This document shows positions 13,361 to 26,600 of a DNA stretch of 64,000 nucleotides, one piece after another. The notes under the pieces were generated by a model. It was not told where the DNA came from. It was given only the letters and a program-made list of their open reading frames with translations, and ran no database searches. The DNA is from Haliotis cracherodii (taxonomy: Eukaryota), in contig NW_027266343.1 of the NCBI RefSeq assembly GCF_022045235.1, positions 48,918,001 through 48,982,000 of the forward strand. The letters run 5' to 3'. How positions within the stretch are numbered: the first letter of the stretch is position 1; every line of letters begins with the position of its first letter. The translations under genes were made by a program, and so were the position numbers.

Positions 13361-13630
13361 GACCCGTGAAGATTCCGGGGTAGAATAGGTCTTCAGCAAC
13401 CCATGCTTGCCGTAAAAGGTGACTATGATTGTCGTAAAAGGCGACTAACGGCATCGGGTCAGGTTCGCTGACTTGGTTGATGCATGTCATTGATCCCAAT
13501 TGCGTGGATCGATGCTCATGTTGTCAATCACTGGATTGTCTGGTCCAGACTCGACTATTTACAGACCGCCGTCATATAGCTGGAATATTGCTGAGTGCGG
13601 TGTTAAACAACAAACAAACCAACCAACCAA
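13361..13630 (+). mobile_element. Short retroelement family C, full length, with TSD
   Basis: Starts GACCCGTGAAG and ends in (AAAC/AACC)n. TSD agatac(c/t)gggatcga at about 13348 and 13632. Confidence 0.88.
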
Positions 13631-14209
13631 AAGATACTGGGATCGATCATCACCTTGACAAACTGATGCGCAGCCTCCCCAGTCAAGGAGAAAAAAGAAC
13701 TTTGTATGTAAATTATGGACTCTGGTAGTCAAGTTCGATCATCGTAAATGAGGACGGTTCTGTTTTCGTCATTATTAAGGAGCCTTACTGAAGTCAGGAT
13801 GGTGTATAATAAAGCTTGGAATGGTACAATTCCGGAAAAGATTAATCATCATTCCAGGCTTTCAAAGTGCACGAAGTCCTTCCCTAGTCATGTACATTTA
13901 CATACATGAGTGTAGATTATTAAGTTTGAACTCGAGACGCTATTGCTACATTTTCGTAATTATGATCGCATTCTACTGTCAATCCAAACTTATTCCCGCC
14001 GGTATAATGCTAGCTTCCAGATCTCAGACAAACTGCAGATGGCAAAAAGGACCAAGAATTACGAGTTACGCCTCTTTGAAACAAACGAAAGACGTCTTTT
14101 TTGCACCAAACAACGATACACGAAATCGAAACACTTCATTTAGGCGTTCTATTCTATTTCAGACACTCCGAGACATTAAAAATACAACGAAAGAGTGTCC
14201 CTCAAACTG

Positions 14210-14385
14210 GAGTGAGTGAGTGAGTTGGGTTAAACGCCGCTTTTAACAGTATTCCAGTTATATCGCGGCGTGTCAGCTTAATGTGGGAGGAAAGCACGAA
14301 GTGATGCAGGTCTCAGACGTTTACCACTTCGGTGAAACCCACGAGCACGGGTATGGTGCTGACAAATCTAGAAACATAATCGGGG
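14210..14385 (-). mobile_element. SINE family B, 5'-truncated
   Basis: Matches the 3' half of the 10977 element. Confidence 0.8.
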
Positions 14386-14974
14386 TGGAATCATTTGTAT
14401 AGAATGTAGATAAGATGATTCCTTGTAACTTGTAATCGGAGAGTCTTGGAGTTCGAACCTCTGTCGACCGGTGTTGATAAATTTGAAATCAAAAGACACA
14501 CGGTGAGATTCACTGCATTGCACGTCCACCTGATTACACAGAAACCCCTTGTCCGAATTCTTTAACATGTTTGGCTTAATGAGAAATCGCTTAGCATGAC
14601 TATCAATACACTGTTACCCTCCTTGTCAACAGATGGAATTGGCCGTTATGTTTAGAAAAGGCTTCTTCAAGGACGACAGGTCCTCTCGAGAACAAGGTCC
14701 TACATAATGTGTCCTGTTTGAGGTGGTCAATGTATACACTGACCCCAGACTACTTCCAGAGTCATCGGTACTAGGTCGGAAGAGATTGCCTGCAGTAAGC
14801 CCTGTGGCTTCTGTCGAATAATGGTGCCGTCTTAACGAGATGTTCCGCGATGGTAGTTGAGGCTGTATGTCCATGGAATGAGCTTGCTTGTTATTTTGGT
14901 ATTCAATGACGCGCAGGATTAACATAGATATATTTCCTGGTCACCGACTTTGTAAAGATCCTACTGGCGTTATG

Positions 14975-15158
14975 GAGTGAGTGAGTGAGTGAGTTGGGTT
15001 TAACGCCTCTTTTAACAGTATTCCAGTTATATCACGGCGTGTCAGCTTATTTTGGGAGGAAAGCCCGAAGTGATGCAGGTCTCTGACGTTTACCACTTCG
15101 GTGAAACCCACGAGCACGGGTATGGTGCTGACAAACCTAGAAACATAATCGGGGCGGG
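14975..15158 (-). mobile_element. SINE family B, 5'-truncated
   Basis: Matches the 3' half of the 10977 element. Confidence 0.8.
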
Positions 15159-15273
15159 CGTTATGGAAGAATACACCCGCTGAAGATATGAAAGCTTCGT
15201 TGTTGAGAGCACTAAGAACCTGGAGCTGGGCTATTGCTGTGTACTTCATGTATTGGCGACTCCTGCAGAACGT

Positions 15274-15560
15274 CTGTTTGTTTGTTTGTTTGTTTGTTTG
15301 TTTGTTTTGGGGGTTGTTGTTTTTATTTAAGGCCGCACTCAGCAATATTCCAGCTATATGACGGCGGTCTGTAAATAATCGAGTCTGGGCCAGGTAATCC
15401 AGCATCGAGCCACGCAATTGGGATACGATGACATGCATCAACCAAGTCAGCAAGCCTGACCACCCGGTCCCGTTAGTCGCCTCTTACGACAAGCATAGTC
15501 GCCTTTTACACCAAGACTGGGTTGCTAAAGACCTATTCTCTATCCGGATCTTCAAGGGTC
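15274..15560 (-). mobile_element. Family C element, full length
   Basis: (TTTG)n tail and a 5' end reading ...ggatcttcaagggtc. Flanks agaacgtct / agaacatct are TSD-like. Confidence 0.85.
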
Positions 15561-16002
15561 TAGAGAACATCTAGGTGGGAGGTACCGGCTCAGATATAGG
15601 TACATTTCTCAAGGCACAACAGACAGGATTACGTCAGAATAGCCGAGTTAAAGTCGTCCTTGATCGTAATATGAAAAACTGGTGGAGTCCTTGAGACGAC
15701 AGCCGATACTTTATACTTGCGTCTAATGGAATCTAGCTATCTTGGGAGTTGGTCTTTGATATATGTCACTCTTGGAATACAGCTGAATTTATACGAAAAT
15801 GTCACTTTGTACTCACTCATATTAAATAGCAGAAATAAGCTATACCTCCATATCGTTCCTGTGATCAACTATACCACGATGACGGGTCTATGATTGGCTA
15901 TTCAATCATCATAGTCATGTGACCGGCTACACGGTGCTCAATAGGCCATCTTGTTCAGAGCCACGTGGACAGCGAAACCACCAGCATTGTCACGTGGTCA
16001 GC

Positions 16003-16345
16003 GAGACAAAATTAGGTTTAACGTCGTGTTTAAGATCATTGCACTNNNNNNNNNNNNNNNNNNNNNNNNNNNNNNNNNNNNNNNNNNNNNNNNNNNNNNN
16101 NNNNNNNNNNNNNNNNNNNNNNNNNNNNNNNNNNNNNNNNNNNNNNNNNNNNNNNNNNNNNNNNNNNNNNNNNNNNNNNNNNNNNNNNNCCAGACTAATG
16201 ACGGTTCTATACTTCAAACGTGGTATTCCGACCCCGAGCTGATCAGTCCTTATTTTATCCCCTTAATGCCGAGCGCCAGGCAGGCAAAAACAAGCACCAC
16301 CTTTTAATGTCTTTTGGTATGACGGACCACCGACGTCCCACTCTC
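16003..16345 (-). mobile_element. SINE family D spanning an assembly gap
   Basis: Tail ggtttaacgtcgtgtttaagatcattgcact lies left of the Ns; body ccgagctgatcagtccttattttatccccttaatgccgagcgccagg lies right of them. Confidence 0.7.
16046..16188. other. Assembly gap (143 N)
   Basis: Run of N. Confidence 1.
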
Positions 16346-17925
16346 CGAGCACTCGATCTCCAGAATGATTAGAGCATGGAAGGTGGTGACAAAGCATGTC
16401 CACCTCAAGGCCGCGATGACTTTGTAAGCAAGATAATGTGCAGTCACCATTGGCCTGTGTCAGTTACCAGTGCCACCCCCAGGGCACCATATCCCCAAAC
16501 ACAATTACCCACTCACTCATACACCACACCACCAATAATTGCTCAGCTTAGCGTTGTTGGTCTTTGTTCCTTTGACCTCATGCATATGGAGGCCGATCTA
16601 GGACAAGTGTCATGTACACACAGATGAAATCAAGTTCTGAAAGGTTCAATAACACATGGCGGATAAAATCGAAATATGGTACTTTGTTTGTGAACAGAGA
16701 TCCCATGTGAGTTCGCCTAGCCTCGGAGAACGCTACAACTCCGGATTAGCATCAATCAAACCATGCATTCGCAGGGAGATACAAATCTGTACCAATTGCC
16801 CGGCAGCCCGCAAACTAAGCCAATGATTCAGTCATTTGATAGCCTTTCCCAGCATCTACATGCATGTACGAGCATATACGTCTTGACTTATCTAAAAGAT
16901 CAGCTTCAAACACTTTCCTAAACTAACGTATGAATTTAGATACAAATTAAGCCAAAACACTTTGATGATAAACGAATTTCATGGCAGAGACAAAACTTAA
17001 ATCTAAAAGTGTTTCATCTGAAAAGGACAATCTATGACACAGGAACTCATATGCTCATCTACCTTGCTAAATTTGTGCTGTAGCATTACTGCCGTACCGG
17101 AAGCCCTTCAAAGGGATTACTCGACCTGCTTCTCTCCCCAGGGGGCGCTCTCAACACTGACACACGTCAGTGTCACCTGACCATTCAGGAATTTTTCCTT
17201 TCTGCAACTCCAGATAATTACACCTAATCAGCAGTAATGGGCCCTACATCACACCCGTGTCTCTAGCATATCCGTGGTTAGTAATGGATGTCATCTCAAC
17301 AACCGAGGCACAGCTAACTTCCAAAGAAGTATATGAGAGCGGGGCTACATTCTAAAAAACCGGAAGATCGATCGCGTGGTTGAAAATTGCGAACAAATCT
17401 TTGAAATTTGATGCGTGGATTTTTATGAGGATTTTTCAAACTTAGACAGTTCAAAATGTTGTTTCCCAAGAACTTGTTCCTCAATCTGTCTTAATTCTTA
17501 TCCGCCTCTTAACGTAAGTATCATGGCCATGTCACGTGTACAAGATGTCTTGCTTAGTCCGGATACTACGTTCAAGTCACGTGCAGCGGGTGCCTTGCCT
17601 TCGTCTCGTATACACAGCCATAGCTGCTTGCGCTTGTCCGGACTAGTGCAGGTTTTCATAGCGCTGGCCCACTGATCTCCCATGCCGAAGTTTTAACATG
17701 AATTGCCTGCTCGAACAGAGTATACTGACTCCGAGCCGGCCATCATCTTAAACCTGAACGCCAAGCAGGGTTACAAGTTTTAAAGTCTTTTCCCGGCCTT
17801 CCGAACTCCGGAAGATGCTCCATCCACTCGACTACAGAGACTGGCCGGTTGTCATGGAAACATATGAAATCCTTTGTTTAATGACGTTGTAAAATTTCAG
17901 AGTGACATAATGTCCGTCTCACAAC

Positions 17926-18177
17926 TTTGGTTTGTTTGTTTGTTGTTTAACGCCGCACTCAGGAATATTCCAGCTATATGACATCGGTCTGTAAATAATC
18001 CAGTCTGGACCAGACAATCCAGTGATTTACATCATGAGCATCGATCCACATACGATGACATGCATCAACAAAGTTAGCGAGCCTGACCACCCGATCCCGT
18101 TAGTCGCCCCTTACGACAAACATAGTCGCCTTTTACAGCAAGCATGGGTTGCTGACGACCTAGTCTACCCTGGATCT
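17926..18177 (-). mobile_element. Family C element
   Basis: Reverse complement of the 13361 element. Confidence 0.85.
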
Positions 18178-18234
18178 GTCTCGCACCTCTTTAGATACAC
18201 ACGGAAAGAGAGTGTTGCGGAAAAGTGCCTGGCC

Positions 18235-18326
18235 CATCTTCCCGAGGCAAAGGAGTTAACTGACTATAAAAGTCCAGTGGAAACTGGACTTTTAAAGTCA
18301 GTTAACTGTCTTGCCTCGGGGAGATG
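18235..18326. mobile_element. MITE family E, TIR-only mini copy
   Basis: Near-perfect palindrome catcttcccgaggcaaaggagttaactgactataaaagtccag..ctggacttttaaagtcagttaactgtcttgcctcggggagatg. Same TIR as the 36512 and 45615 elements. Confidence 0.8.
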
Positions 18327-18964
18327 AAAAGTGCCGATAGCATTTATATTTGCACTGTCGATTAAGGTCTTTTCAGAGACGCATTCTCCGGTTAAAAGTA
18401 AATTTCCTGGCATCGAATGCTTCCGACAACTCGCCAATATCTTTTCACATAAAGGTATTCGCATAAGGAGGCCTGTGGCGACAGCTCGACACGACACGTG
18501 CATATGGTTAAAGCTCCATACGGCTAGAAGACGTTTCAAGATAATAGATGAACTATTAAGTACTCACATCTCGTGCACTCTGAATGTTGATTTTTAATTT
18601 CAAAGAGTAAAAGAAAGAGTTAAGTATTTATGTTGTCGGGGAGAACTGTAAACATACGCTAACAGAGGGCCCTCACAATCAGACCGTGTACAAAGACACT
18701 CCACTCCATACATCTTACAGAAACAGTGTTGTTTTTTAATCAATGATTAATGATCAAGTAAAATTTGAATTGTTAAATATAGCGTTCAGTTATTTTGTCG
18801 TGTTAAAATCAATTGAACATACCACTGCCTAAATCCCTAATATTTTGAACAGTTTATTATACATCAACGTTTGGAACACGTTAGATCGAAAGTAGGCCAC
18901 AACAAATTAAGTATTTGTCGGAATCGATGTTACTGTTTTAACTAACTGAAAATTCACAAAAAGA

Positions 18965-19215
18965 GGGGGTAAGTGTGGCTTTGCTGTTCAAGGCGCCGCA
19001 ATTCGCCTTTGGCATGCCAGAAATTTATGATTGTGGGTTCGAATCCCGATCAACCCCGATTATGTTTCTAGTTTTGTCAGCACTTTGCTGTGGATTTCAC
19101 CAAAGTGGCAAACGTCAGAGACCTGCATCACTTCGGGCGTTCCTCCCAAATCAAGATAACAGCCCGTGATGTAACTGGAATACTGTTCAAAGTGGCGTTA
19201 AACCCAACTGACTCT
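18965..19215 (+). mobile_element. SINE family B, degenerate
   Basis: aaggcgccgcaattcgc..gggttcgaatcccga..cctcccaa..gtggcgttaaacccaact. Confidence 0.75.
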
Positions 19216-20248
19216 CTCAATAGTATAATGTTTCTGAAACACGAGGCAGTGACACATCCCATGACGTTCTGAGGTTCTTTAAATGCAATACTCCAGTGTA
19301 TAGCTGTGGCTCGAGCCTTGATATCAAATGTGATGTATCGTTTTTAACGAATGCTCAACTGAATCAACTTAATGTCAGTAATGGGAATCGTTCAGAACAT
19401 TTAACGTCATTCCCGATTCTGGTTTCGTTACAAGATCGCCTTTATTTCTCCACGCCTGTCGTATTCGTTCTTAAATCCGACACATGGCCGCGTTTACCTT
19501 GATCACACATGGTTAATTTACGTGAACGCCATTTCAGGCGTTATGTCTCCATTAAGGGACGTGTATGATACAGGTATAGCTTGTGGAATATTTACAGCTG
19601 ACAGGAGAATCATAAAACATCTCCAACCATCGAGACGATGCTTAGTTTAACATTTTCACTTTGTTTCATAATGGTCATTGTGTTTAATTTACATATCCAC
19701 ATTGGCTATAACTCAGTGCATAAATGTTCGGAATAATTAGTATGTTTAATTTACACGACATCAACATTACAAACGCTGTGTTGTACTATCGTATACATGA
19801 AGAATAATGAACAGTCTATCACAGCTGTGTAGAGTTGCCCTACTTTCGTAGTCCCCAGCGATCGCGGACTATCATCTGTGACTACGACACCAACAGTTAA
19901 TGAATATATATCCTGTTTATAGGACCAAGCGTTCCCAGGATCCCTGTCCAATTCCAAGGCTGCTAAATCAAACGCATGTGACGTCTGGTGCAGGAGGAGT
20001 CAGCTACAGTCAAGATAGGAAGCTCTCTATCCCTGCGGAGTTTAATGACGTGCGCCCTTCTTATTGATGGACTGATTCTGGTGGTATGTGACATTTTTGT
20101 ACTTTCACTTTTCTTTTTTTAGTTCGATATTTATTGAATTAACGGTACTGATGTTCTTCATTCTTCTTCTTTCAGTTTCCGGAAAGATGGGAGTAGAGAT
20201 ATACTTGTAACCTCATTGAAGTGTGCTTTGCCTTAACGCCATTTTAAA

Positions 20249-20687
20249 ATGACCTCGTCGGACATGCGCATCGAGGGTGTTGGGGGTCAGGAAGGGGACA
20301 TAACCCGTGTTATCAGCATTGTGGACAAAACGGATTGCTGTCTCAACATGACGACGCCTTCTTCTCTGTACAACATCATAGATGGCAACCTGAGTGTGTT
20401 TAACAACATTACTCCATCGGAATCAGACCTGGAATCCATGAAGATGGAAATGCCTCTGTATCTCATCCTGTATTTCACAATAATCAACACCGTCGTGTTT
20501 CTCACGGGGATTATAGGGAACACCCTGGTTATACAGGTTATAGTGAGGCTCAAGTCCATGAGGACCCGGATGAACTACTTCCTGATGAGTCTAAGTGTGG
20601 CGGATCTGCTCGTGCTCCTCGTGTGTCAGCCGTCTGCCATGCTGGAGTTCTACGGCAAGGACCGGTGGATGCTTGGAGAAGTTATGT
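20249..20687 (+). CDS. GPCR coding exon 1 (N-terminus to ECL1)
   Basis: ATG at 20249; donor GTAAGT at 20688. Confidence 0.92.
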
Positions 20688-23600
20688 GTAAGTTACTATT
20701 AATTTTATCTGTGCCAAATTTGGTTGTTTTTGTGTTCTAAAATTTGAGACAAGCGTTGCTTACATTAAGTATATGAAGGGACAGTTCGTTCCCTGTGTGA
20801 GGGTTGGGGGGGTTGTGGGGTGGGGGGGTTGTGTTCCGGGAAAACTGAAATTTTGGCTCTGGCTTCTACACCAATAAAACACCGTGTGTGCTTAAAAATC
20901 TAGCCAAGGCTAGTTTAAGTTTAAGTTTAATAAATATAAGCGACAACACCAGCAGCGTCGATTGTACGATTCCGACTATATCATGACCATGTGTTTAGCA
21001 TGCTGTCCGATGTAACTCCCTGTTTGGACTTGTACCATGTGTTCCCGTGTTTTTTAAGGTGAACAATTGACTTGTCATCGCATGTGTTTGTGACGGGTGA
21101 CGGGTGCTCACCTTTTCGCGAACACCTGGTATCATCACTATTTCATAGTGATTCATAACCACATGCTCTAGATAAAGTCGGAATCGTACACTCGTTTTTG
21201 CTTTCAACAGAGTTTTTTACGACTATGGAAAGTGTTTTATCGCATTTATTTAGAGCAAGTCCAGCCGTAACCCTTGCCCTCACAAAGCCAAACATGTCAC
21301 TGACCGTCAGTTAACTCACACAATGAAACCACGTGATCCCCATCACAGTCGGGTCGGCCAGACCGAGGATCTATTGTCCATCAATCTCAAATAGATTTGT
21401 AGTTGTCTCCAAACGCCTCCAAAACGTTACCTCCCTCAAATAGATACATGAAATATGGTTAATACAGTAGGGAGTGGTGACTCACTGCTTCATGTTATTG
21501 AAACATCAGCGAAGCTAGTCGAGTAATTTCTGGGCTAATGGATTTCCATAGGCAAACTAATGGTGTTTTGAGTGAGACCGCAACAATAGCACAGGTATAA
21601 TAACCTCAACATGTAAATCATGCATCAATAGACATATTGGAAATAATCAATATAGACTGTCCATAGTACTTGTTAGTCCAGCTGAATTATAGAGTTCATG
21701 GCAGTATGGGACTGTATTAATATCGTGTAACAAAATATGAATTCAGTTTGGCCACATAAAATTAATTTTATGTTTCTCGTCACTTAAATAAAACAGATAT
21801 GGGTAGGGAGGCCGAATTCCTCCTCCCATTTCCCACCACTCTAAAAACTAAATGCACGATTGTAGTACATGGAGTGAGTGAGTGAGTGAGTGAGTGAGTG
21901 AGTTGGGTTTAACGCCGCTTTAAACAGTATTCCAGTTATATCGCGGCGTGTCAGCTTAATGTGGGAGGAAAGCCCCAAGTGATGCAGGTCTCAGACGTTT
22001 ACCACCTCGGCGAAACCCACGAGCACGGGTATGGTGCTGACAAACCTAGAAACATAATCGGGGCGAGCCGGGATTCGAACCCACAATCATAGGTGTCTGG
22101 CGTGCCCAAGGGAGGCAAATGCACAGCGAATCGCGGCGCCTTAGATGACTGGGCCACCCGTGCCCCCTGTATTAAGTGCCCCTGTAGATTAAGTGAGCGT
22201 GAGTGAGTTGGGTTTAACGCCGCTTTTAACAGTGTTACAGTTATATCTCGGCGTGCCGGCTTGATGTGGGAGGAAAGCCCAAACCGTGACAACTATATTG
22301 AGAGTGAGTGAGTGAGATGGGTTTAACGCCGCTTTTAACAGTATTCCACTTATCAAGGCGTGTCAGCATAATTGGGGATGGAAGCCCGAAGTGATGCAGG
22401 TCTGAGACGTCTACGACGGGTATGGTGCTGACAAACCTAGTAACATAATCGGGGTGAACCTGGATTCGAACCCACAAACATAGGTTTCTGGCGTGCCCAT
22501 TAGTAGAAGGGGGAGGCGACCATTTCATTTTCCGCCCGAAAGCAAAGATTGTATTTAACAGAATTCACTGACACCTGTTTTGTTTTTAATTCAAACAAAA
22601 ATCGGGATTACATGTTTGGTTGACAAGGGATGTTATTTAATATAATTGCTTAATGCACATTCTTTGACGTATTTCAGACAGCACGAGTCTGCTAAAGATG
22701 ACATTCGACATTTAATGTTATGGCTTTGCTAATGAAATGTCAAATGTGATTCCAAATTCTACATGTTTGACTACAATATCCCTGTTAATGCTATTTTCAT
22801 TTTTAGAGTGGCTTCGGGATTTTCACTGAATCAATAACATTGAAAATAGCTATAATATTCTTGTTGGATTGCTTGCATCTGATTCACACCTAAGCTTAAT
22901 ATCAATGCACGTCTATATATGTGGGAAGAAAAAACACTTAATTCAAGTTATTTTTAATAAAATATATAACGTGGTTAATTGCAAACAGAGTAAATAATTA
23001 TTTATTAAACATATTTTGATAAGGGGTTCTTTAAAATAATCCTTGTATTCGACCTGTCTATACAAGAGGAGAGCTCCTACTGGCACAGCTCAGGCCGGAA
23101 CCGACAACACGGGAGATAACCGCTACATCAGACTACCAGGCCATAAAGGCAGGGTGTTATTTGATAACGGAGACCAAACTGACATCCCTAAAGTAGACCA
23201 TCAAATATATGCGTTTCCAATCACAACTCTGCAACAGTTAAGCCATCTACATCTACCCTTTGGCTATTGGGGACCTTTCTTGGTGTTGGTTTATTCAATT
23301 GTCCTCATACTAGCAGCGTTTGACAATTGAGGTCAAGAAATTGGACAAATATAATTTCTGTCAGGTCCCCTTATTGAAAGAATCACGTATGGGAGGAGGG
23401 GCGGAAGCTCAATATTCGTCATTGTCCAATATAAAGATATTAACCCAGGCTGGTGCCAGTCTTCTTATAAGTTAATTAACTCGGAGTCGGAAGACCGGGC
23501 ACCGTCAGAGTAGACTAGACTTGAATGGACGTACATTCAGCACTGAAAGCACCAGACAGTAAAATAAACCTCGAGAACATCCGGTTATGAAAAATGATAA

Positions 23601-26600
23601 TTGGGAAAGATGGCGTTTGGTAATAGACGAGCAGGGTGATGTATGGCCTTGTGTGACAGTACAGTGGCCTCGCTTTCTATAGATTAAACAGCGTCGCGCT
23701 TTACATTTTCTCATGATAACGTTTATATGGTCTCCAAAAGGGGACATTGTCGCATTGTCTGAAAATAGAAATGTAACCGACGTGCAACAATGCGATTAGT
23801 GGTCAAAATATGGCAATTTTGTACAGAAGCGATTTGTAGTGGGCACGCACATAAAGCCTTTCAGACGGCGAGTGAGTCAATTAGGGTTAAACGCCACTTG
23901 GAAAGCTTTTAGTTAAAGCACGGTGCTCCAACCTAATGGAGGAAGCCGTATGACGCGGGTCGTAGACGTTGACCAGTGTCGTCACACCACCGAGAAAAGA
24001 TATGATGACAGACCGAGGATCATAATCAGGGTGAATCTGGGAACAGAACATGCGATGAACGGATCCTCGCATTGGTAAGGGACGTAACTCCACACGGCAA
24101 CTTGTGCAATTAGAAAGCAAGTTTGTATAACAGTGGGTAGAGACCATATACATATATATCTCTGCAAATGGCTTCTGAAATGGATGTGTTGTAAAACAAA
24201 CACCTAATAAGTACTGTAAACACAAACCATACCTCAGATGGAAAACACCATTTCTTACTTGACTTCAGGACTGCATCATACCTCAAGCCCACACCTCCCA
24301 GTACCTCGTTACACGTACACATCACAAAAACCCTACATCTGTACATTGCTGTATGTGCACATCTGTACATCACCATAAGCCTACATCTGTACATTGCTAT
24401 ATGTCTACATCTGTACATCGCTTTAGGCCTGCACCTATACATCATTATACGCCTACACCTATACATCGCTATACGCCTACACCTGTACATCACTATACGC
24501 CTACACCTGTACATCACTATAGGCCTACACCTGTACATCGCTATAGGCCTACACCTGTACATTGCTATAGGCCTACACCTGTACATCGCTATACGCCTAC
24601 ACCTATACATCACTATACGCCTACACCTATACATCATTATACGCCTACACCTGTACATCACTATAGGCCTACACCTGTACATCAGTATAGGCCTACACCT
24701 ATACATCACTATAGGCCTACACATGTACATCACTGTATGCCTACACCTATACATCAGTATACGCCTACACATATACATCAGTATACGCCTACACCTATAC
24801 ATCACTATACGCCTACACCTACACATCACTATACGCCTACACCTGTACATGACTATATGCCTACACCTGTACATGACTATATGCCTACACCTGTACATCA
24901 CTATACGCCTACACCTGTACATCGCTATACGCCTACACCTACACATCACTATACGCCTACACCTGTACATGACTATATGCCTACACCTGTACATGACTAT
25001 ATGCCTACACCTGTACATCACTATACGCCTACACCTGTACATCGCTATATGCCTACACCTGTACATGACTATATACCTACACCTGTACATCACTATACGC
25101 CTACACCTGTACATCACTATATGCCTACACCTGTACATCACTATATGCCTACGCCTGTACATCGCTATATGCCTACACCTGTACATGACTATATGCCTAC
25201 ACCTGTACATCACTATACGCCTACACCTGTACATCACTATATGCCTACACCTGTACATCACTATATGCCTACACCTGTACATCACTATATGCCTACACCT
25301 GTACATCACTATACGCCTACACCTGTACATCACTATAGGCCTACACCTATACATCACTATATGCCTACACCTGTACATCACTATACGCCTACACCTGTAC
25401 ATCACTATAGGCCTACACCTGTACATCGCTATATGCCTACACCTGTACATCACTATATGCCTACACCTGAACATCGCTATTGGCCTACATCTGAACATCG
25501 CTACATTATTTTATCACACATATTTATACAACTATAGACAGATTTTGTCAGGCAAATAATTGCATAAATGCCACAGATGGCGTCAACTGAATCACTTCAT
25601 TTCGTGCTTCATCAACCAATAGTCGAGATGCAGGCTTGTGATGACGGACATCATGTCGTCCTCATTGGGTGTTCCCCGTCGCGATATGCGCCATTATATG
25701 TCTTTATTCGGTATAAAGGCTATAGCTATAGCACTCACTCATAAGTGTAATATTGGTTTTAATCAGGGTATCAAATATTTTAAATAGAACAGATGATGAA
25801 ATATTCTTGAACTTGTACAGCAACGGTCTAACAGGAACTAAACGTTATTTTAGATTTATGAACAGAATATTTCTTCCTTTAGACCAACACAACATATTTG
25901 AGAACAGCAACCCAGAATAATTATAATGCGTAGATAGTTTTACATGTTCATTTACATACATATTTTCTTCAGTGCTTCTACGTGTACCACCATTCCGAAA
26001 AACTAAGATTTCTGTCTTATCTAGATTAACATGTAATCCCCTTTTAATACTACATGTATATCTTTTAAGAACATTGACTTGTAAACCAATAACAGTGTCA
26101 CCAAACAGGCAAAGGTAAAGTGCATATAGCATTACCAATATACTAGTAATTCTTGACCTACAACAATACCATATAACATCAGATTCGTGTAACATTGCTT
26201 CAAACTCTACGACAAGTGTGAGAATAATAAAGGACTAATAACAGAGCCCTGGTTTCCACCACTAAGAGTAACAAAGTAATGAGGAAAAGAATATTTGAGA
26301 GGTTTACATCATTTGTTAGCTCAGAATACATGTTCAATAAAACATGAAATATTTTGCAATGAATGCCTTTCTCCAATATGGTATACCAAAACAATGTTCA
26401 AATTCAGGAGTCAAATGCTTCTCTGAAATTAAAATAAATAAAATCTACCATTACTCGTTAGACAGATACTTTTGTTCTAAACACTGGGCTTTTTTGTTTA
26501 ATGGCAAAGGAAATCCCTTCGCCCATTCCACAGAAACATTTCCACCATTCAGAATTAAATTAAATAACACATCGAGAAAACGTCCTGCTGTACAACACTT

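Noticed and set aside
19975-20055. TGACGT (CRE-like) sites as the GPCR promoter
   Set aside because: Short motifs; the acceptor at 20175 implies an unlocated upstream exon, so the TSS is unknown.
24110-25559. Long ORFs of 462, 394 and 278 aa on both strands
   Set aside because: Translations of a stop-poor 24-bp minisatellite in an intron.
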